Shown one piece after another: positions 16,701 to 25,753 of a stretch of 64,000 nt of DNA. The first letter of the stretch is position 1. The number at the start of each line of letters is the position of its first letter. The notes beneath the pieces were generated by a model. It worked only from the letters and a program-made list of their open reading frames with translations, had not been told where the DNA came from and did not search any database. The stretch comes from an uncultured Eubacteriales bacterium (GTDB lineage Bacteria > Bacillota > Clostridia > Lachnospirales > JAISER01), in the NCBI GenBank assembly GCA_964500895.1, contig CAZCQP010000007.1:829-64828 (forward strand), read 5' to 3'. The translations under genes were made by a program, and so were the position numbers.

Positions 16701-17586
16701 TGGTGGCGGTCTCCTCTAAAAATGCTTTATACCGTTGGTAACGGGCAGGGGAAATGCCCACATCCACGTGGGCTTTCACCATGCAGTCCGGCTCTGCCAG
16801 ATGTTTGCAGTCACTAAAGCGGCATTCCGATATATAAGGTCTAAATTCTTTAAATAAGTAGGGCAGTTGTGCCGGTTGCAACCCTTCTAAAGAAAGGGTG
16901 GTGAAACCGGGAGAATCTACAATATAGCTGCCTTCAAAGGCTTCCCAAAGCTGGGCATGGCGGGTGGTGTGCTTGCCCCTTTTAATTTTCTGGCTTAAAG
17001 CGCCGGTTTCCATGGCGGCAGAGGGCAAAAGGGCGTTGATAATGCTGGATTTACCCACCCCCGAAGGCCCCGCAAAGGCAGAAACCTTGCCTTTTAACAA
17101 GTTTGGCAGTTCTTCCAGTCCGCCCCCCGTAGCGGTGGAAACACAAGCCACCGGGTAGCCAATGTCTCCGTACAGGCGGCAAAGTTTAGACAAAGTTTCC
17201 TGTTCTGCCTGCCCACACAAGTCTGTTTTGTTGAAGCAAATAACCGGGGGGATGTTGCGGTGCTCTGCGGTAATGATGAAACGGTCCAGCAAATCCAAGT
17301 TAATGGTAGGTTCCACCACAGCAAAGGTGATGACCACCTGGTCCAAATTGGATACCCGTGGGCGCAGCAACTCATTTTTTCGGGGTTTAATGACGGAAAT
17401 GGTGCCTTCCCTGTCTTTTTCAGAGTTCACTTCAATAGACACAAAATCCCCAATAACCGGGGCATGGTTATGCTTGCGAAAAATGCCCCGTGCTTTGCAG
17501 CTATAGCTGCCCTGGTGGGTAACCACGGTGTATAAACCGCCAACCCCTTTAATAATCTGACCGTCCAGCATGTTAAAATCCCTCAT
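16693..17586 (-). CDS. rsgA: Ribosome small-subunit-dependent GTPase A
   Basis: 297 aa with a circularly permuted GTPase (NKTDL...GPSGVGKSS) and a C-terminal zinc knuckle CRFSDCKHLAEPDC. Confidence 0.9.
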   Translation of the reverse strand: MRDFNMLDGQIIKGVGGLYTVVTHQGSYSCKARGIFRKHNHAPVIGDFVSIEVNSEKDREGTISVIKPRKNELLRPRVSNLDQVVITFAVVEPTINLDLLDRFIITAEHRNIPPVICFNKTDLCGQAEQETLSKLCRLYGDIGYPVACVSTATGGGLEELPNLLKGKVSAFAGPSGVGKSSIINALLPSAAMETGALSQKIKRGKHTTRHAQLWEAFEGSYIVDSPGFTTLSLEGLQPAQLPYLFKEFRPYISECRFSDCKHLAEPDCMVKAHVDVGISPARYQRYKAFLEETATNV

Positions 17587-19700
17587 TCTGAAAATTGAAA
17601 CAATTGTGCGCCCCGGTAATAAGAGGTGCCAGAAACTGTGTCCGAAATGTACACCTGGAACTCTGCTTCCCCTGCGCCGGTAATGCTAACGGTTTTTGGA
17701 AAATCGGACACGGCCACATATTCTTTCATGTAGTTGCTGCTGCCTTCTTCTGAGTTTTTAATAATCAGTAAAAGTACATTTTCCACCCCGTCTGGAATGC
17801 TACCCGGGGGTGGGTCTACCGTCATGGTTTTGGTGGTTTGCTTGGCGTTGGGGGAAGGGGTAGGGCTAGGGGATGCTTCCGGGGGCTTTCCGCTGCTTAA
17901 CACAAAGCTTACCACCGTGCCACGGGAAACTTCCGTTCCGGCTTTAACTGTTTGGGTGATGATGGTGCCTTCCGGCTTGTTGCTGGGTGCCGTTGTGCTT
18001 AACCCTACAGCCAAGTAAGCCCCTTCTATTTTTCTAATGCCTTCCGCTTCTGTATCACCTTCCACGCTAGGTACAATCACCGTGGTAACCGGTTGCCCCT
18101 GGCAAATGTAAAGTTTTACGGTTGAATTGGCTTTAGCCAGTGTTCCGCCTTCCGGTTCTTGCCGCACCACCACGTTAATGGGGTAGTTTTCGTCCAACAC
18201 ATATTCATCTTCCAGCTTAAAATATAAATCCTGGAATATTTCCATGACCACACCAATGTCTTGGCCCACCACATCCGGCACAGGGAATTTGTCCGTGCCG
18301 TCGCTTAAAACCACGTCAATGGCATCGCCTTCATACAGTAGCCCGTCGTCCCCCACACTTTGAGAAAGAATCAAGCCTTTGTCCACTGTGTCGCTGAAAG
18401 CTGTGCCGGTTACGTTTACGGTAACCCCCAGTGGCCCGGTAATGGCATGGGCTTCATCAACTGTTTTGCCCACTAATTCAGGAATCTGCACCTGGTCCGG
18501 CACGTCTGGGGTCATGCGTTTAATGAAATATGTGCCTAAAGCAAATATAACGGCAATGATGGCCAAGCTGGTGGCAATGGCTGCAATGACAATGCGGCGT
18601 TCTGCCTGCCGGTCTTCGCTAATGCGCACAATGTCGTTTTTGTTATAGCTGGCAATGGGCTTGTTGCGGGACTTTTTAGGGAATCTTTTAGGCTTCACCG
18701 GTGCTTCCTCCGGCGGTTCATCGTAAACATCGTCCTCATAGCCTTCGTCCCAATCATCGTCCGTGTCATCCATCCGGCCATTGCGTTTAATGGTGTCTAC
18801 ATCTTCTTTGCCAAACCGCATGGTTTGACCTTCCATGTCATCCTCTGGGTCTTGCTGCACAAAGCTGCCGCTGGTGTTGGACAACGCCAGCTTTAAGTCC
18901 TCCACCATGTCTTGGGCGGAATGGTACCGCTTGCTGGTGGATTTCTCTGTGGCTTTAGCAATGATGCGCTGGATGCTTAAAGAAATATTGGGGTTTAACG
19001 CACGAATGTCCGGCAGTGGGTCGTTAATGTGTTTCAAAGCAATGGCAATGGGCGTGTCCCCCTCAAAAGGCAGGCAGCCGGTGGCCATTTCAAACATCAC
19101 AATGCCCAGCGCATAAATATCGCTGGTGGCATCCACATAGCCCCCTCGGGCTTGTTCCGGGGAAAAATATTGCACAGAGCCAATGGTTTCATTATCGGTG
19201 CGCAAGGTAGCCTCTGTGGCGGCACGGGCAATGCCGAAGTCCGTCACTTTCACAGTGCCGGAGGTGGTGACCAGTATGTTCTGGGGCTTAATGTCCCGGT
19301 GGATAATATGGTGGGCGTGGGCATGGGCTAATGCAGAGCCAATTTGCACGGCCACGCTGATAATTTCGTCATTTTCAAAGGGGGCGTTGCGCTTGATTAA
19401 ATCTTTTAACGTTACCCCGTCAATAAACTCCATCACAATATAGTGGATGGCATCTTCCTGCCCCACATCGTATACGCTTACAATGTTTTGGTCCGAAAGG
19501 CTGGCGGCGGCTTGTGCCTCCACATTAAAGCGGGCGATAAATTCTTCATCGTTAATAAAATCTTCCCGCATCACTTTGAAGGTGACAGAGCGGTCCAGCT
19601 TGGTGTCTTTGGCCCGGTATACAATGGCCATGCCCCCGGAACCGATTTTTTCTATAATCTCATAGCGCCCGGCAATGATGGCGCCTGGAGGAAGCATCAT
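17583..19700 (-). CDS. prkC: Ser/Thr protein kinase with extracellular PASTA repeats (PrkC/PknB type)
   Basis: 705 aa with kinase motifs HRDIKPQN and DFG, a single TM helix (IVIAAIATSLAIIAVIFALG) and three PASTA-like repeats. Confidence 0.9.
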   Translation of the reverse strand: MMLPPGAIIAGRYEIIEKIGSGGMAIVYRAKDTKLDRSVTFKVMREDFINDEEFIARFNVEAQAAASLSDQNIVSVYDVGQEDAIHYIVMEFIDGVTLKDLIKRNAPFENDEIISVAVQIGSALAHAHAHHIIHRDIKPQNILVTTSGTVKVTDFGIARAATEATLRTDNETIGSVQYFSPEQARGGYVDATSDIYALGIVMFEMATGCLPFEGDTPIAIALKHINDPLPDIRALNPNISLSIQRIIAKATEKSTSKRYHSAQDMVEDLKLALSNTSGSFVQQDPEDDMEGQTMRFGKEDVDTIKRNGRMDDTDDDWDEGYEDDVYDEPPEEAPVKPKRFPKKSRNKPIASYNKNDIVRISEDRQAERRIVIAAIATSLAIIAVIFALGTYFIKRMTPDVPDQVQIPELVGKTVDEAHAITGPLGVTVNVTGTAFSDTVDKGLILSQSVGDDGLLYEGDAIDVVLSDGTDKFPVPDVVGQDIGVVMEIFQDLYFKLEDEYVLDENYPINVVVRQEPEGGTLAKANSTVKLYICQGQPVTTVIVPSVEGDTEAEGIRKIEGAYLAVGLSTTAPSNKPEGTIITQTVKAGTEVSRGTVVSFVLSSGKPPEASPSPTPSPNAKQTTKTMTVDPPPGSIPDGVENVLLLIIKNSEEGSSNYMKEYVAVSDFPKTVSITGAGEAEFQVYISDTVSGTSYYRGAQLFQFSE

Positions 19701-20449
19701 GCCCTCACCTCATTTACCGAAACCAAAATAACAGAAATGTTGTCATTTCCGCCCTTTTGTTTTGCGTATTCTACAAACGTTTCGCATTTGCTTTCCAAAC
19801 TGTTTTCCGACTGAATACCGGCCAGCAGTTCTTCATCTGAAATATAGTTGCTTAGTCCGTCGGAGCATAAAAGCACCGTGTCCCCCGGGAAAATGTCTAT
19901 CACCAGGCTGTCTGGTCGCACATCTTCCTCTGTGCCCACGGCGCGGGTAATGAGGTTGCGGCGGGGGTCTGTTTTGGCCTGTTCAGCGGTCATTTCCCCA
20001 GCCTTTACCATCTCGTTCACAAAAGTGTGGTCATGGGAAACTTGACGCAACTTGTGGTCATGGGCCACATAAACCCGGCTGTCTCCCACATGAGCCATGT
20101 ACAGCTTTCCACCGCTCATAACACAAAGGGAAAGGGTACAGCCCATGCCGGATAAATCTGGGTTTTCCACAGACATATGGTATACTTTTTGGTTGGCCGC
20201 ATGAACACCGGCCATCAGAACGTCCAGTATTTCCGTTTCGTCTTGTTCCAAAGCCTGCACATAGTCGCAAAAGGCAGCAATACAGTTGTTGCTGGCAATT
20301 TCACCGGCGTTGTGGCCACCCATGCCGTCGGCAATGATATACAAATTGGGCAACGGCCCCACAGACCTATTGCTGACAAATATGGCGTCTTCATTGTTCT
20401 TGCGTACAAGGCCTGTATCGGTTATCCCAAAGCCGTTCATGTCTTTCAC
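19697..20449 (-). CDS. stp: PP2C-family Ser/Thr phosphatase (Stp/PrpC)
   Basis: 250 aa with ADGMGGH and CSDGLS motifs. A 4-nt overlap with prkC suggests translational coupling. Confidence 0.9.
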   Translation of the reverse strand: MKDMNGFGITDTGLVRKNNEDAIFVSNRSVGPLPNLYIIADGMGGHNAGEIASNNCIAAFCDYVQALEQDETEILDVLMAGVHAANQKVYHMSVENPDLSGMGCTLSLCVMSGGKLYMAHVGDSRVYVAHDHKLRQVSHDHTFVNEMVKAGEMTAEQAKTDPRRNLITRAVGTEEDVRPDSLVIDIFPGDTVLLCSDGLSNYISDEELLAGIQSENSLESKCETFVEYAKQKGGNDNISVILVSVNEVRA

Positions 20450-20458
20450 CTGCCCTTT

Positions 20459-21523
20459 TCACTGGTTGTTTTGGGTTTGATGTCGCAGTTTTAACTGCCC
20501 GCAAGCAGCTTCAATGTCGTCCCCACGGGTATGCCGCCGGGTGGCGGGTACTCCGTTTTTTGTAAGGGTTTCAATAAAAGCAGTACACCGGCTTTCAGTA
20601 TGTTTGCCGGCGGATGCTTTTCGGCCTGCTTCGTTTACGGGAATTACATTCACATGGCACAACAGGGGTTTTAATTTTCGGGAAAGCTCCAAGGCATGGG
20701 CCAGTTCATCGTTCACACCTGGAATGAGGGCGTATTCAAAGGTGATACGCCGGTTTGTTTTTTTGCAGTAATCGCCACATACGGTTAACAGTTCTTCCAT
20801 GGGGTAGCGCTTGGCCACCGGCATGATGCTGCGGCGAATGGCGTCGTTGGGGGCGTGAAGGGAAACCGCCAAGTTGATTTGGGTGCCTTCTGCTGCAAAA
20901 GCGGTAATACCTTCGCAAAGCCCGCAGGTGGATACGGTCAAATTCCGCTGCCCCAGCCCTAAACCATGCTTATGGTTTAAAAGCCGTAAAAATGCCATCA
21001 CAGCATTGTAATTGTCAAAAGGTTCCCCCATGCCCATCACCACCACATTGGTGACTTTCTTGCCCGTGGCTTGACCCATGGCGTATACTTGGGCAGCCAT
21101 TTCCCATGGGGTGAGGTTGCGTTCCAGCCCTCCCATGGCAGAGGCACAAAAAGTGCAGCCCATGCGGCACCCTGCTTGGGATGATACGCAGACCGTGTTG
21201 CCATAGGCGTGTTCTAAAAACACACTTTCAATAAATAAGCCGTCTTCCAGCTGAAACAAATGCTTCGCCACACCACCGGAAACCGCTTGATTTGACAAGA
21301 TAACAGGGGCAATGGCAGCTTGTTCCGCCAGTTTTTGGCGCAGAGGTTTGGACAAATTGGTCATCTGTTCAAAATCCGTAACCCCTTTTTGGTGCAGCCA
21401 TTCAAAGATTTGTTGGCCGTGAAAAGGCTTCTCACCCAGGCCGGTTAAAAATTCTTTTAATTGTTCCATGTTCATGGAGCCAATGTCTTGTTTTTGCATA
21501 TAATTTGTATTCCTTACATTCAT
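20459..21523 (-). CDS. rlmN: 23S rRNA/tRNA (adenine-C2)-methyltransferase RlmN (radical SAM)
   Basis: 354 aa with radical-SAM CRMGCTFC and the conserved downstream Cys in STCG. The start could be an internal Met. Confidence 0.9.
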   Translation of the reverse strand: MNVRNTNYMQKQDIGSMNMEQLKEFLTGLGEKPFHGQQIFEWLHQKGVTDFEQMTNLSKPLRQKLAEQAAIAPVILSNQAVSGGVAKHLFQLEDGLFIESVFLEHAYGNTVCVSSQAGCRMGCTFCASAMGGLERNLTPWEMAAQVYAMGQATGKKVTNVVVMGMGEPFDNYNAVMAFLRLLNHKHGLGLGQRNLTVSTCGLCEGITAFAAEGTQINLAVSLHAPNDAIRRSIMPVAKRYPMEELLTVCGDYCKKTNRRITFEYALIPGVNDELAHALELSRKLKPLLCHVNVIPVNEAGRKASAGKHTESRCTAFIETLTKNGVPATRRHTRGDDIEAACGQLKLRHQTQNNQ

Positions 21524-21535
21524 AGTTTAAAGCTT

Positions 21536-22915
21536 TTACTTGCGGCGGCACAGGGCAATGAAAAAACCGTCCCCGGCATAAGCCCCAGGCAAAAGCTGCA
21601 TCATGCTTTGCGTGCTGTCCACTTGGCTTAATTGTAGCACAGAGGGCCAGGCTTCCACAAGCGGTACAGGCTCAAAATCATAAGCTTCAAGAAAAGCTTG
21701 GTAGTTTTCTTCGTTTTCTTTGGTGGAAATGGTGCAGGTACAGTAAACCAAGGTGCCCCCTTTTTTCACATACCGGTGGCTGGCCGCTAAAATATCACGC
21801 TGAATGCGGGCCAGTGCTTCCACGTCCTCCATGGTCTTTGTATATTTAATGTCCGGCTTTTTTCGCAACAGCCCAAAGCCGGAGCAGGGAACATCAATCA
21901 ACAGGCAATCCGCCGTGTTTTCTAAAGCCGGGTTAAAGACGGTGGCATCCCCTTGCTGGGTGGTGATGCAAGTAAGACCCAGCCGGTTGGCCGTGTCTGT
22001 AATTAAAGGTAGACGGTGGGGGTGGATGTCCATGCTTAGGATATGCCCTTCGTTTGCCATGAGCTGGGCGCTTAAAAAGGATTTGCCCCCCGGTGCGGCG
22101 CATAAGTCTAAAACCGTTTGCCCCGGCTGGGGGTTTAATACCTGAACCGCCGCCATGGCCCCCGCATCCATCACGTGAAACAGCCCATCCTGAAAGGCGG
22201 GCAAGGCAGTGATTTGGGCGGTGCGGGTGAGTTGCAGTGCCTGGGGCATACCGGGGCAAGGACGTACCTCAACCCCGGAAGCTGTGAGTGTTTCGGTTAA
22301 AGATTCCGGGGTGGTTTTTAAAGTATTCACACAAATGGTTACCGGCGGGCTGGTGACGCTTGCGGCCAGCATGGTTTCCATAACATCCATCGCCATGATG
22401 GGCTGCCAGTATTCCAGCAGCCACCGTGGGGTGGAGTAGCGCAGGGATAAATAGTCTAAAACATTTTGGGAGCGGTCCGGCAACGGCAGGTTTTTGCCAT
22501 TTGCGGCCACTTGGCGCAGCACCCCGTTCACGTATGGGGCCAGCCCAACAAAGCCTTTGGATTTGGCCAGCTTCACGCTTTCATTGCAAGCGGCGGAAGG
22601 AGGCACTTTATCCATAAACAAAAGCTGATAAATTCCAAGCCGAAGTACATTTAAAATGAAAGGCTTAATTTTCTTCACCGGCGTTTTGGAATAATGGCCA
22701 ATTACGTTATCCAACAACAGAATATGGCGTAGAGCACCGTTCACCAGTTCTGTAATAAAGGCCTTTTCTTTCTGCCCCAAGGCAGGGTGAGCGTTTAGTG
22801 TTTTTTGCAGCACCAAATTGTTGTACCCTTTGTTGTGGGTAATGTGCATAAGCGCCTCTACCGCCAGCCCCCGCTGGTTCACAGGCAGAGAGCCTTTGTT
22901 GTCCCCGGCCATCAA
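21536..22915 (-). CDS. rsmB: 16S rRNA (cytosine967-C5)-methyltransferase RsmB
   Basis: 459 aa with an N-terminal NusB-like domain and the motifs DLCAAPGGKS, DVPCSGFG and YCTCT. Confidence 0.9.
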   Translation of the reverse strand: MMAGDNKGSLPVNQRGLAVEALMHITHNKGYNNLVLQKTLNAHPALGQKEKAFITELVNGALRHILLLDNVIGHYSKTPVKKIKPFILNVLRLGIYQLLFMDKVPPSAACNESVKLAKSKGFVGLAPYVNGVLRQVAANGKNLPLPDRSQNVLDYLSLRYSTPRWLLEYWQPIMAMDVMETMLAASVTSPPVTICVNTLKTTPESLTETLTASGVEVRPCPGMPQALQLTRTAQITALPAFQDGLFHVMDAGAMAAVQVLNPQPGQTVLDLCAAPGGKSFLSAQLMANEGHILSMDIHPHRLPLITDTANRLGLTCITTQQGDATVFNPALENTADCLLIDVPCSGFGLLRKKPDIKYTKTMEDVEALARIQRDILAASHRYVKKGGTLVYCTCTISTKENEENYQAFLEAYDFEPVPLVEAWPSVLQLSQVDSTQSMMQLLPGAYAGDGFFIALCRRK

Positions 22916-24297
22916 GGAATAACCGGCCCGTCAGCCTGGTTTGCCAGGTCTGGGGTAAACGGAGGCACCGGGGTGGATGGGGTAGGGGTGTAGGGGGTTA
23001 AAGCTTGCAAAATAAAGGAATAAGACAACCGGGCATTGGCGTTCACGTCAATGGTCATGGTGGTGTCATTATAACCGGCTTTGCGCACGGTAATGGTGTG
23101 GCGGCCGTCTGGCAACGAATCGCTTACAGGGGTGACACCCACGTAACCGTTGTCAATGTAAAGTTCCGCCCCTTCCGGCACAGTGGTGACGGTGAGGGTG
23201 CGCAGCACAACTTCTTCAGACAGCATCACGTTTACGTCCATGGTGGGTTCTGCCACGGTGATGGTGGTAGAAAAAGGCAGGTAGCCGGTTTTTTTGGCTT
23301 CCAGCTTATAGGTGCCCAATTGCAGCACCAAAGGTTCGGTGGCAGGGTATTCCTTACCGTCAACAAACAGCTGAAAATCTGAAACATTGGATTTGACGTT
23401 CACAATGCCGGACATAAATTGTACATCGGCTAAATCCAACACTTCGGTATTTTCGGTGGTAATGACCACGTCTGTGACAAAAGGTTCAATGTTTGCGCCT
23501 TTAATCACAATGCGGTGGGCACCTTCTAAAACCTCCACCTTATCTGCTTCATCCAGCGTCATAAAGATGGTGGTGTCTATTTCAAGGGTGCCGTCTTTCA
23601 CCTTATCTTTATTTTTCAGTTCCACATAACCGTGGCTTTTGTTCACTTCCATATACCAAGCTGTGTCCTCGTAGCCCCTTAAGGTAACCACGTCCGCCTC
23701 ACTCACTGCGGAAGGGTCTATGGGAGCGTTTTTATAAACTGCCATGAGCTGGTTGTTGTAGAAGTAATATTTGTTGCTTAAATTAATCACCTGCTGCTCT
23801 GGGCTAACCTTCACATTGCGCACCAGCTTAAATTCCCAAGCGGTAGAATCCTGGGCAATGCTTTGCAACGTTTCGGTTTTGGCATCATAATTAATGTTAA
23901 CAATATCCCCCACAGCAAGCTCTGAAAAAGCAATTTCCTGGCCATATTTGTTTTTTAAGCTTGTACCTGCATCGGCGGCAACGGTAAAGTTTTTTTCAGT
24001 TTCCACATCCACCATGGTTAATGCACTTTTACCAAAGTCGATGTTGGTAATGAAGCCGATGCGTTGTTTCAATTCGCTTAAAGAGCCTTCCGCAGGCCCC
24101 GGGGAGGCAGAAGGGAGCATCCCGCTGGGTTGTGGGGAGGCATCTGCTCTGTTTTTTGTAATGTTGCTGAATACAATGGCAAATATCACAATGCAAATAA
24201 TAACCCCAGCCAGTAAAGTAATGATATAAAACAGGGTGAACTGTGATCTTTGATTTTTACTTTTAATTTTGCTTCGTTGATTGCTGCTTCTTCCCAT
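22912..24297 (-). CDS. Membrane-anchored PEGA-domain protein
   Basis: 461 aa with a basic N-terminus, one TM helix, and C-terminal PEGA repeats (VPEGAELYIDNGYVGVTP, TVRKAGY). A 4-nt overlap with the rsmB start makes it the first gene of the operon. Confidence 0.7.
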   Translation of the reverse strand: MGRSSNQRSKIKSKNQRSQFTLFYIITLLAGVIICIVIFAIVFSNITKNRADASPQPSGMLPSASPGPAEGSLSELKQRIGFITNIDFGKSALTMVDVETEKNFTVAADAGTSLKNKYGQEIAFSELAVGDIVNINYDAKTETLQSIAQDSTAWEFKLVRNVKVSPEQQVINLSNKYYFYNNQLMAVYKNAPIDPSAVSEADVVTLRGYEDTAWYMEVNKSHGYVELKNKDKVKDGTLEIDTTIFMTLDEADKVEVLEGAHRIVIKGANIEPFVTDVVITTENTEVLDLADVQFMSGIVNVKSNVSDFQLFVDGKEYPATEPLVLQLGTYKLEAKKTGYLPFSTTITVAEPTMDVNVMLSEEVVLRTLTVTTVPEGAELYIDNGYVGVTPVSDSLPDGRHTITVRKAGYNDTTMTIDVNANARLSYSFILQALTPYTPTPSTPVPPFTPDLANQADGPVIP

Positions 24298-24633
24298 GCT
24301 TTCACCTCAAACCTAGATATTTCAAGCCATGCAAAGGTTTGCCTGACTTTTAGGATTATCCTATTTTAATTGCTTTTGGTGAAAAACACAAGAAAAAATT
24401 TATATGTATGGTGCTTTAAGCAAAAAAAGCACCTGGTCTCAGGGGGGAATGAGGCCAGGTTGAGGGGGGGATATAAATTGTTCCTTAATTATAAAAATTA
24501 AGGCTACATGCATAATAATTTCCATTTTTCTAAAAAGTATACATCTTTTGTGAAACTTTTTTATTAAATATGCGCCTCCATTGAAAAAAAGGCGGCTGTC
24601 AGTTATAATGAGCATGGATAATTTTGTAAAGAG

Positions 24634-25536
24634 GTGAACGCCGTGCATACTCCTTATATGCGCACACAACTTTACCCCGTCATCGACATCGACAATTTAG
24701 TGTCTTTTCATTATTTTGAATATGTGAAAGATTTTATGGGAATGGAAGAAGCCCATGATTTTTGGGAAGTGGTTTATGTAGATTTTGGCGCCATTGTGGC
24801 TGTGGTGAACGGCGTGGAGCAACCGCTAAAACAAGGGCAAGCCATTTTCCACCAGCCCAACGAAGAACACAATATTTTAACATGCGGTGAATTTGCCAGT
24901 GTAATCATATTTAGCTTTGTTTGCGAAAGCCCGGCGATGGCTTTCTTTAACGGCAAATGCCTTGCTTTAAACGCCAAGGAACGGGACCTGATGGCGGACA
25001 TTGTTCGGGAAGGGCAGCGTGTTTTTGAAGGGCCTTTTGATACTTTAAACAAGCCCCGGTTAACCAAAGCGGCCCATGCACCTTTTGGCGGGGAGCAAAT
25101 GCTCACCACTTGCATGACCCAACTGCTTATAAGCCTGATTCGCCGGGACACAGAAGCACTGCGCACGGCCAGCCCGGAAACATGGAAAAGGCAGCAGGGG
25201 GAGAAGGACATTGTTGAACAAATCATGGTTATTCTGCAAGAAAATTTATACGGCAAAATTTCTTTAAACGAAATCAGCGCCCGGCTTTCTTTTTCCGTCA
25301 GCCATTTGGAGATGGTGTTTAAAAAACACACCGGTTGCGGCATCATCACCACTTTGAACCGCCTAAAAATGACCGAAGCCAAAAGGTTGATTAGCGAGGG
25401 CGAAAAAACCTATACGCAGATTGCGGAAATGCTAGGCTTTACTTCCATCCACTACTTCTGCCGCACCTTTAAAAAACACATGTCTATGACCCCTTCCGGC
25501 TATGAAAAATCTGTTAAATTACGGCTTTTGTTATAA
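24634..25536 (+). CDS. AraC-family transcriptional regulator (cupin sensor + HTH)
   Basis: 300 aa with the C-terminal AraC HTH (YTQIAEMLGFTSIHYFCRTFKKH). Start is uncertain: GTG 24634 or 24643, or ATG 24658. Confidence 0.85.
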   Translation: MNAVHTPYMRTQLYPVIDIDNLVSFHYFEYVKDFMGMEEAHDFWEVVYVDFGAIVAVVNGVEQPLKQGQAIFHQPNEEHNILTCGEFASVIIFSFVCESPAMAFFNGKCLALNAKERDLMADIVREGQRVFEGPFDTLNKPRLTKAAHAPFGGEQMLTTCMTQLLISLIRRDTEALRTASPETWKRQQGEKDIVEQIMVILQENLYGKISLNEISARLSFSVSHLEMVFKKHTGCGIITTLNRLKMTEAKRLISEGEKTYTQIAEMLGFTSIHYFCRTFKKHMSMTPSGYEKSVKLRLLL

Positions 25537-25576
25537 GGTTAAGCAAGGCACTTGTAATAAAGTGCCATGCTTAACC
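25537..25576 (+). terminator. Stem-loop after the AraC-family gene
   Basis: GGTTAAGCAAGGCACTT / AGTGCCATGCTTAACC with one mismatch, a 7-nt loop and a weak T-tract. Confidence 0.35.
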
Positions 25577-25684
25577 TGTTAGATTGTTAAAAAATGCACA
25601 ATTTACATCATAACATTGTGCAAGTTTGGTGCAATATTATGCAAATACAGAAGGTTACCGTTCTGTTATATTTGAGTTGCAAGT

Positions 25685-25725
25685 AATGTTAAGCAATGTT
25701 AAGCAATGCTGTTCTAAAGCATTGC
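25685..25725 (+). repeat. Tandem decamer (AATGTTAAGC x2.4) overlapping an 8-bp-arm palindrome upstream of the sugar ABC operon
   Basis: AATGTTAAGC AATGTTAAGC AATG (25685-25708), then GCAATGCT-N7-AGCATTGC (25703-25725), 30-70 nt upstream of the SBP ATG. Candidate operator. Confidence 0.4.
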
Positions 25726-25753
25726 AAAATTTAAAAAAGGAGATGAGTTAAGA

